A stretch of DNA of 64,000 nt from Trueperaceae bacterium (GTDB lineage Bacteria; Deinococcota; Deinococci; Deinococcales; Trueperaceae), in assembly GCA_965213925.1 (NCBI GenBank), contig OZ243927.1, forward strand, positions 1,024,001-1,088,000. Direction: 5' to 3'. Within the stretch, counting starts at the first letter, position 1. Each line of letters begins with the position of its first letter. This document shows positions 57,402 through 64,000 of this stretch, piece after piece. The notes below the pieces were generated by a model. That model was not told where the DNA came from and did not search any database. It saw only the letters and a program-made list of their open reading frames with translations. The translations under genes were made by a program, and so were the position numbers.

Positions 57402-60246
57402 GGTTAGCTGAATCTGAGTCCGACTCGAGCCCAAAAAAATGCAGCGCGAGCGCGTCGGGAAGGGCTAAGGGGCCGTCTAACCCTCTGAGCCAACGCGCCG
57501 CTAAGCTTCCCTGATCCCGCTCGCATAAGACGCGCCCCCAGACGCGCCCGAGTTGAGCGCGAAAGGGCGCGGCGAGCGTGAGCAGGTCATTGACGACCTG
57601 GCACGCCGCCTCGCGCTGGTCTAGGGCGAGGAGGAGTTCGGCGTCGAGGAGTCCTTTCCAGGCGGTGAGTCCGGGGTCGGGCGGCACCTCGCGTACAGCG
57701 GCGAGCGAGGCGGCGGCGGCGGGCGCGTTGCCAGCACGCAGATGCGCCTCCGCCGCCGAAAGGCGCAGTTTGAGCTGTAAGTAGTGACTCGGCAGCTCGA
57801 GCGACGAGAGCAGCGGTAGCGCCTCTTGTGGCGGTAGCGACAGCGACAGCGTGGTCGCGATGTCGAGCGTGAGCGCGGCGTAGCGGTCACTGCGAGGCGC
57901 GAGCGGCGCGACCTCTTCGAAAAGAGGCTGAAGTTGCGCCTGCACCTCTAGCGCAGCGCGTCCCCCCCGAAACGGCGCGCGGTAAGGTTCCCCCGTTTGC
58001 ATGGTCCAATACGCGAGGGCGAGGCGGTGGCGCGTGCGCTGGTGGCGGTAGTGCGCCTCTTCGGGGCGGTGCGAGGCGGCGCGGAAAGTCGCCTCGGCTT
58101 CGCTCGCCAAGCGCAGCGCGTCCCACGAGCGAGCGCGTGCAACCTCCAACATCGCCCATTCTGAAGCGATGCGCGCGCGGCTAAAGGCGTCGGGTGCGCG
58201 GCTCAGTGCGAGCGCGAACTGCTCGCTCGCCGCCTCGTCGCGCCCTAGCTTGCGCAGCGCCGTGCCGAGCCGCGCCCCCACCCTGGCGCGTTCCTCAATA
58301 GGGGCACTCTGCAGGAGGGTCAGCGCTGTCTCGATGTGCCGTGCGCCCGCCTCAGGCTGACCGAGCCGCGTCAACAGCTCGCCCTCTTGGTAGCGGGCAC
58401 GCCCGGTGAGGAGCGGGTTGTGTGTGACCTGTCCCAAACTCGCCAGCGCCTCTTCGAAGCGTCCCGCGTCCTTGGCGACGAGCCCGTGCCAGAGCTGGAC
58501 GCGGTCTTTGAGGAGGGGTGGCACCTCCAGCTCGAGCGCCGCATGAACCGAGCGCTCCGCCCGGTCGTACGCGCCGCGCCAGCGTGAGAGCGCTGCGTGG
58601 ACGAGGTGCGCTTCGGCTTGCGCTTCGTCCCCTAAGGGCGGCAGGTCGTCCATAAGCGCGACCGCTTCACCGAAGTTGCCCGCGTCGATCTGCGCCTCCG
58701 CCATCTTGACCCGCGCCCAGGCGCTGATTTTTGTCGTTCGCGAGGTCGCTAGAAGCGCTAGCGCCGCCCGCGCTTCCGGGTGGAGGTAGTCGCCCAAAAC
58801 CGCGCGGTAGCGCACCACCACGAGGGCGAGCTGCTCCCGCAGTTCGGGCGTCCACACGTCCTGCGGTCCCGTAGCGGCGTTCGCCCACAGGTCGGGGAGG
58901 AGCGCCAAGTGCGACGGGTCGTCTCTGAGCCGGTCCACGAGCACCTGCGCCGCGCCTGCACGTTCGGCGTGATAGAGCGTGCGAAAGGTCGAGCCGCCCC
59001 TGCCGTGGCTAGGCTGTCCGTTGCCGGGTTGCGCGTTCAAGTAGTACTCGAGCGCGAGCCTGTGCACCTCGGTCTGCCCTTCGTCCTCGGGCAAAAGCCC
59101 CCGCAGTGCCGGGCGCACCAGTCCCTCCCCCGCCGTCTCTAAGAGCGCGTGTTCGGCTTGTTTAAGCGCGCTCAGCGGGCGCTCTAAAGCAGCCTCTAAA
59201 AGGGGCACAGGAATGGTGGGGTCAACCGTCGGCGAAAGCGCGGCGAGGACGCGCAAGGTTGGACCCAGACGCGGGTCACGTAGGAGCGCCGCGTCGTCGC
59301 CCCCGGCGCGGCTCAGCTCGAGCAGGCTCAGCCGCGACAGCTCCCCGTAATTACGCCCCGCCTGATTCAAGAGTTCCTCCAACGTTTCCGGCGCAATATC
59401 GGGCAGCCGCTCCTGCACGTAGCGTCGCGCCTCCTCGCGGCTCGGCGGACGCAGGGTCTGGTAAGGGAGCGTGGGCGGCGCGGCGGAGCACGCAGCGAGG
59501 TAAGGAATCTCTAAAGAGGTCAGGAGAGGCTCCAACCACGCCGCGAGCGAAACCTCAGCGCCGTCTTCACCCCGTAGAGGTAGCGTGCTCAGCGTCGCGC
59601 TCGTCTCGGCGCGCAGCAAGAGCGGCTTGCCGAGCGCATTAAGCCCGTCTTTAACGAGTTTACGCACCTCGCGCTGCCGCGCCGCTTGCACCGCGAAGGG
59701 CTGCGCGGGCGAAAGCTGCGCGACGAGGGACTCGAGCCGCGCCGCTTGCGCCACCTCCGCCATGAGCAGCACCAGAGCCGGTACGATGTCCTGCGCCAAA
59801 TTGACGAACACGCTCTCCGGGTACGCCTTACGCACCTGCTCCAAAAGCACGCCTTTGCCCGTCGACGGTCCGCCCACGACGATAAATTGCGGGAGCCCTT
59901 CGGCGAGTTCCCTCATAAACCGCGCAAAAATCACTCTCTTGTCGCGCCCGAGCGCCCGCTTCGCCCGCGCCGCCGTGAGGTCCTCGGGTAAGTCGGGCGG
60001 CGCTAAGCCGACCTCTTCGTACAGTTCGCTCAAAAGCTCGAAGAGCCGCGCTTTCTCCGCCGCCGAGCCCAAGTCTTTATACAAGATATTACGCACCGTG
60101 TTCGCCCGCCCGCCGCGCTCTGAAAGCGCCGCGCCGAGCCAGCGCAAGGAGCCGCGCTGCCCCCGGTGGTCACTCCCGGTGAGGTGTTCGCGCAGGGGTT
60201 CTAGTAGGTCCAACCACGGTGTCTTCGCCACACCCGATTCTGCCAT
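57373..60246 (-). CDS. Large P-loop + TPR-like protein
   Basis: 957 aa; GGPSTGKG Walker A-like; helical TPR-like repeats in the C-terminal half. Confidence 0.8.
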   Translation of the reverse strand: MAESGVAKTPWLDLLEPLREHLTGSDHRGQRGSLRWLGAALSERGGRANTVRNILYKDLGSAAEKARLFELLSELYEEVGLAPPDLPEDLTAARAKRALGRDKRVIFARFMRELAEGLPQFIVVGGPSTGKGVLLEQVRKAYPESVFVNLAQDIVPALVLLMAEVAQAARLESLVAQLSPAQPFAVQAARQREVRKLVKDGLNALGKPLLLRAETSATLSTLPLRGEDGAEVSLAAWLEPLLTSLEIPYLAACSAAPPTLPYQTLRPPSREEARRYVQERLPDIAPETLEELLNQAGRNYGELSRLSLLELSRAGGDDAALLRDPRLGPTLRVLAALSPTVDPTIPVPLLEAALERPLSALKQAEHALLETAGEGLVRPALRGLLPEDEGQTEVHRLALEYYLNAQPGNGQPSHGRGGSTFRTLYHAERAGAAQVLVDRLRDDPSHLALLPDLWANAATGPQDVWTPELREQLALVVVRYRAVLGDYLHPEARAALALLATSRTTKISAWARVKMAEAQIDAGNFGEAVALMDDLPPLGDEAQAEAHLVHAALSRWRGAYDRAERSVHAALELEVPPLLKDRVQLWHGLVAKDAGRFEEALASLGQVTHNPLLTGRARYQEGELLTRLGQPEAGARHIETALTLLQSAPIEERARVGARLGTALRKLGRDEAASEQFALALSRAPDAFSRARIASEWAMLEVARARSWDALRLASEAEATFRAASHRPEEAHYRHQRTRHRLALAYWTMQTGEPYRAPFRGGRAALEVQAQLQPLFEEVAPLAPRSDRYAALTLDIATTLSLSLPPQEALPLLSSLELPSHYLQLKLRLSAAEAHLRAGNAPAAAASLAAVREVPPDPGLTAWKGLLDAELLLALDQREAACQVVNDLLTLAAPFRAQLGRVWGRVLCERDQGSLAARWLRGLDGPLALPDALALHFFGLESDSDSANLKAETAARP

Positions 60247-60321
60247 AGGGTTGATAAGAGGCGGTGTGGTGTACTTTATAAGTGAAGTGAAGAGTTACAC
60301 AGTTATATCATCTGTCTAGGT

Positions 60322-60855
60322 TCACGCGAAACGACATTGCCAACCGCGCTTCTCGACCTTTCGCACGTTGGGCGCATCTTTGAGTTCAGAGAGATATTGT
60401 ATGAGTGCGAGTAACTCTGAGTCGTTAGCATCACCAAACCATTCAGTTATCCTGATGAGATTCCCGTAGTGCCGCTCGAGTTTCTTAGGCGTGTCGTCAA
60501 CCATCAAAGTGCTCTCGAGCCGATACCCTTTGCGTTTAAGCTTCCCTAAATCTTTAACGAAATAATGTTCTAGCTTATCCACATCATAGACCCTTGTACA
60601 CTTCTCCTGGGACCAGAAGAATTCTAAAGGGTAGTCGGAAGAGAAAACCTCTTTCACGACAACTTTCGCGAATCCCATACCCGCAGTTGTCCAGACGGCT
60701 ACAGAGAAATGCTCCCGACAAAACTCCAAGAATTCGGTGATGTAGGGGCGTTTGTAAACATGATAAAGCTCAGTTTCAAAGTCAGCTTGACGTTCCAAAG
60801 GCTCTTCAGTTGCGTGGATAAGCGTTTCATCCAAATCGAGAATAAGAAGTTTCAA
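60322..60855 (-). CDS. HAD phosphatase, NIF/FCP1-like
   Basis: LILDLDETL.H, KRP....FL, WT, VKDL, MVDDTP. Confidence 0.9.
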   Translation of the reverse strand: MKLLILDLDETLIHATEEPLERQADFETELYHVYKRPYITEFLEFCREHFSVAVWTTAGMGFAKVVVKEVFSSDYPLEFFWSQEKCTRVYDVDKLEHYFVKDLGKLKRKGYRLESTLMVDDTPKKLERHYGNLIRITEWFGDANDSELLALIQYLSELKDAPNVRKVEKRGWQCRFA

Positions 60856-60867
60856 TGAGCGACCTCG

Positions 60868-61977
60868 TCACTCCCGAAACGGCGGCAGCGCCCGCTCCCC
60901 AAAAACTTGCGCGACGAGCGGGTAAATCTCGTCGGGCTCTAACCCTTCACCCAAGTAGGTCTCGTCGCCGCGCCACAACTCGTAGTGAGGGTGCGCGTCG
61001 TCCCTCGTCCCTGCCACGCCTTCGGACGTGCCCGAGTTGCCCGCGAAGCCCACGGTTTGACCCTGCACGACAACTTGTCCAACTTCTAGGTCAGCGGGAA
61101 TATCGGAGAGGTGCGCGTAGCGCGAGACGAAGCCGCCGGGGTGCGAGAGCCAAACCTGGCGTCCGCGCAGCTTGTCGAGCGTCTCTTGTGGCGTCGTCAG
61201 GCGCGCCGCCGCGTCGTCTAGCAGGGCTTGGAGTTCTTGTGGCGTGAGTTCGGTGTAATCGTGGTCTGCGCGCACCACCACGCCGTCCGCCGTCGCCACG
61301 ATGGGCGTGCCGTAGGTTATGGGCACGCTCACCACGCCGTTGTAGAAGTCGAAGCCTTCGTGGTAGCCGTTGCGGTACGCCCGCCGCGCGCCCGGAAGGT
61401 GCGGCGCGCGCGAGCTGAAGGTTGCGCCCGGCACGGGCGAGATAAAGGCGCTCGGCCACGCCGGGTTGAAGGGGCGGCTGACGAGGTTCTCGAGCAAAAT
61501 ATAGAGCCCTGAACGCCGCATGGTCCCGTTCTCCGTGGCGTAGTCGAGCGCGGTGCGACCTTCGCTATCGGTGAGGGTGGGGTCCGCGCCCGCGTTGAGG
61601 AGCGTGATGGCGGTCGCGGGGATGTCGCTGTCTCTAAGGGCGAGCATGAGCGGCGTGAGCCCGGTGCTCGTCGCCACGTTGACCTCCGCGCCGCGCTGCA
61701 GCAGCTCGGTGAGGATGCCCAAGTTACCTGCTTGCGCGGCGAGCATCAGGGGCGTCATCTCCTCTTCGACCGTGTTCAGGTTCGCCCCTGCTTCTAGGTT
61801 TGCTCTGACGTCCGGCAAGTCCCCCGCTTCGATCGCTTCAAAAAGTTGCGCCGTCGCGACCTCTTCGGGCGACCTGCGGAAATTGTCCGGGCTCAGCACC
61901 TCGAGCTGCCATAGCGCAAGGACGCTCACGCTTAGAAGGGCGAGCATCACTAGAAAGAGGAGAACGCGGTTTCGCAA
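60868..61977 (-). CDS. Ankyrin-repeat + M23 metallopeptidase
   Basis: TPLMLAA/TPLMLAL/TALDYA ankyrin repeats; HEGFD, YAHL, HPH zinc motifs; N-terminal TM. Confidence 0.88.
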   Translation of the reverse strand: MRNRVLLFLVMLALLSVSVLALWQLEVLSPDNFRRSPEEVATAQLFEAIEAGDLPDVRANLEAGANLNTVEEEMTPLMLAAQAGNLGILTELLQRGAEVNVATSTGLTPLMLALRDSDIPATAITLLNAGADPTLTDSEGRTALDYATENGTMRRSGLYILLENLVSRPFNPAWPSAFISPVPGATFSSRAPHLPGARRAYRNGYHEGFDFYNGVVSVPITYGTPIVATADGVVVRADHDYTELTPQELQALLDDAAARLTTPQETLDKLRGRQVWLSHPGGFVSRYAHLSDIPADLEVGQVVVQGQTVGFAGNSGTSEGVAGTRDDAHPHYELWRGDETYLGEGLEPDEIYPLVAQVFGERALPPFRE

Positions 61978-62073
61978 GGTATTTATAGTTTACTCCTTTA
62001 CCTGCGTTTTATCGCCCCGGTACCGCTACGCAATCCTTCAACCGTTTCTCATCACGGCGCTATACGTTACCGG

Positions 62074-63321
62074 TCAGTCGAGCGTAAAGGTGATGGGCAA
62101 AACGACCCGCACGCGTACGCGCCTGCCGCGCTGCTCACCCGGTACAAAGTCGAGGAGATAAGCGGCGCTTAACGCCGCTTCGTCTAGTAGAGGATGCGCG
62201 CCGCGCAAAATCTCAGGGTTTCTAACGTAGCCGTACTCGTCCACGACGAATTCTACGTAGACGCGCCCCTCTAACCCCATCTCCTTAGCACGTTCAGGAT
62301 AGGCGACCTCGGCAGCGTCGTACCCGCCGATAAGTATAGGCATCGCCTCGACAACGTCAAACACCTCAGGTTCGGACGTGCTGGGGGGTTCAGGCATACT
62401 GGGGGGTGGAGGGGGCGCAACGTCCAGTATGAATTCGTCCTCGTTGGATGGCTCGGGCGCGACTTTGGTGTCCGGCAAAGCGGCGTTTGGCAGAGCGGCG
62501 TTTGGCAGAGCTTCGGTGTCAAAAGGTGGCACGCTTTCGTCCGTGGGCGGGGCGACCCCACCATAATCGGGCTCGAGATAGTCTGGCTCGAGATACCCAA
62601 ATGCCGCCTCGTACCGCGCCATCATCCGCGCCTCGGCACGCTCAAAGACGCCGCTCAGGTCGGGATGGATACGGGCGGCGAGCACTACCGACTGGGAGAT
62701 AAAGACGGCTTCGTCGCCGCTCAAACTGTACGTCCGAGCTGTTTGTGGAACTGGCACGCCCCGCGTCATCTCGACTTCGCCGAACACGGTGAGCGTACCA
62801 GCTCCGTCCTCGTCCAGAAAGACCGAGCCGAGCCAACGTCCCTCGGCGTCGAAAAGAAAGGCTAGCTCAAGCTCAGGCGCGAGAAAAGCGTGCCCTTTAG
62901 CAAGGTCTGCGTAGCTCCGTTCGCCCAGATAGCGCGTCGCCGCGACCGAGTCGCTCAGGTGGTAGTAGTGACGGTTGATTTGAGCATATTCTTTAGCGGA
63001 CTCGAGGTCGAAACCTTCCACGCTCCGCCCGCCGTAGGTCGTCACGACCGCCTCTCCTGTGTAGAGATATTTGTACGGGCTGAAAAAAGAGGGACCCACG
63101 GTACGACCTTCTACGAGCAGCCTGTCGCCGAGAAGGTCGGACACGGTGCGACTCCACATAACCTCCGCATTGTTGCGAGTCAGCGTCGCGACTTCGACCG
63201 AACGAACAGATTCGGTGGGCGCATAACGCGCGGTGATCTTCTGGCGCAGTCCCTCCTCGAACGTAGCTTGCGCCTGAGCTAACGTACTTAATAGGGTCAG
63301 CAGCACAGCGAGTAGGGTCAT
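62074..63321 (-). CDS. Exported protein with a Pro-rich linker and TonB C-terminal domain
   Basis: YPERA...GLEGRV.V.F.VD..G.V....I.....LD.AA. Confidence 0.85.
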   Translation of the reverse strand: MTLLAVLLTLLSTLAQAQATFEEGLRQKITARYAPTESVRSVEVATLTRNNAEVMWSRTVSDLLGDRLLVEGRTVGPSFFSPYKYLYTGEAVVTTYGGRSVEGFDLESAKEYAQINRHYYHLSDSVAATRYLGERSYADLAKGHAFLAPELELAFLFDAEGRWLGSVFLDEDGAGTLTVFGEVEMTRGVPVPQTARTYSLSGDEAVFISQSVVLAARIHPDLSGVFERAEARMMARYEAAFGYLEPDYLEPDYGGVAPPTDESVPPFDTEALPNAALPNAALPDTKVAPEPSNEDEFILDVAPPPPPSMPEPPSTSEPEVFDVVEAMPILIGGYDAAEVAYPERAKEMGLEGRVYVEFVVDEYGYVRNPEILRGAHPLLDEAALSAAYLLDFVPGEQRGRRVRVRVVLPITFTLD

Positions 63322-63451
63322 GATAAAAGCTTAGACCGCCGCCAAGTGCACCCTTCAATAGTTTTTCACAGTCGCTTCACCGACATTCGGCGAAGCGTTT
63401 CATGTCGCTTAATACCTTAAATAATAAGGTATTTTATGCTAAACTAAGCCA

Positions 63452-63898
63452 ATGGAAAAGACCTCTCCCGACTACCCTTATTACGTCGGACAGCTCCAAG
63501 CGATTCACGCCCTGCGCGACGAACTGGAGCTTGCGCCTAACCAATACCAAGGACTTTTAGAGCACCTCACCGGCTCGCGTTCTGCGAAGTTCATGACCCC
63601 CGAGCAGCGCGAAAAGGTCATCTCGTTTATGCGTATTCACAAGGAACTCGATGAGACGGTCTCTCGCGCCGAGCAAGCCCGCGCCCAACTCAATGCGTCG
63701 TTTCGCGCCTCACAAGCGGAGAACGCCATGAATAAAGAGGTCTACATCAACGGCGAGTTTTTGACGCGCACCGCGACCTCTTTAGAGAGCATCATCCAGA
63801 TGATACGTGGGCTCTACGGCGAGGACGCGCGGCTCATCTGCGCCACCGAAGAGCGCGAGGTGGACGAGACCTCGCTGAAGCTCGAGTTCGTCGCTTAG
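63452..63898 (+). CDS. GemA/Mu gp16 (DUF1018)-like protein
   Basis: IH....L.L....Y..LL...TG..S.K.MT..Q...VI resembles the DUF1018 core; leaderless TAAACT start. Confidence 0.55.
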   Translation: MEKTSPDYPYYVGQLQAIHALRDELELAPNQYQGLLEHLTGSRSAKFMTPEQREKVISFMRIHKELDETVSRAEQARAQLNASFRASQAENAMNKEVYINGEFLTRTATSLESIIQMIRGLYGEDARLICATEEREVDETSLKLEFVA

Positions 63899-64000
63899 TT
63901 CCAATTCAAGAGGTGCATTGCAAACACACCTTTTACTTCCGAACCAAGCCAATACCCAGAACGAGCAGCCCCAGGGCCAGTAGCACTGCGCCGACATAAG

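Noticed and set aside
55461..57434. Long minus-strand ORFs 55461..56573 and 56652..57434
   Set aside because: They overlap the well-supported photolyase and hydroxy-acid oxidase genes in other frames and carry no recognisable motifs.

Overview
A GC-rich bacterial chromosomal segment. Gene content (pilM-N-O-W-Q next to aroC-K-B-Q, long TrmB, many leaderless TAnnnT starts) suggests Deinococcota, probably Truepera-like; this taxonomy is inferred. Most of the window is housekeeping: pnp, rpsO, proA, trmB, the aro and pil operons, two ftsH, dnaB with a LAGLIDADG intein, gmk-rpoZ-coaBC and tsaE/tsaB. The standout is an AT-richer locus at about 15.4-18.3 kb that the ORF track misses. A cupin+HD-GYP phosphodiesterase gene is followed by a c-di-GMP-II riboswitch carrying an unusual 81-nt insertion (17571-17713). 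The riboswitch sits directly upstream of a 43-aa secreted peptide gene, and a paralogous 41-aa peptide gene follows with its own promoter and terminator. Both peptides end in the same core, PSVQK[F/Y]RVNR. This looks like a candidate c-di-GMP-gated secreted peptide (pheromone-like) system. Other notable items: an MreB paralog lacking the catalytic Glu, a pseudokinase-PASTA protein, a Roadblock-paralog operon with a frameshifted middle gene, an inverted-domain photolyase, an orphan GemA-like gene and REP-like repeats. All calls come from reading motifs by eye; no database searches were run.
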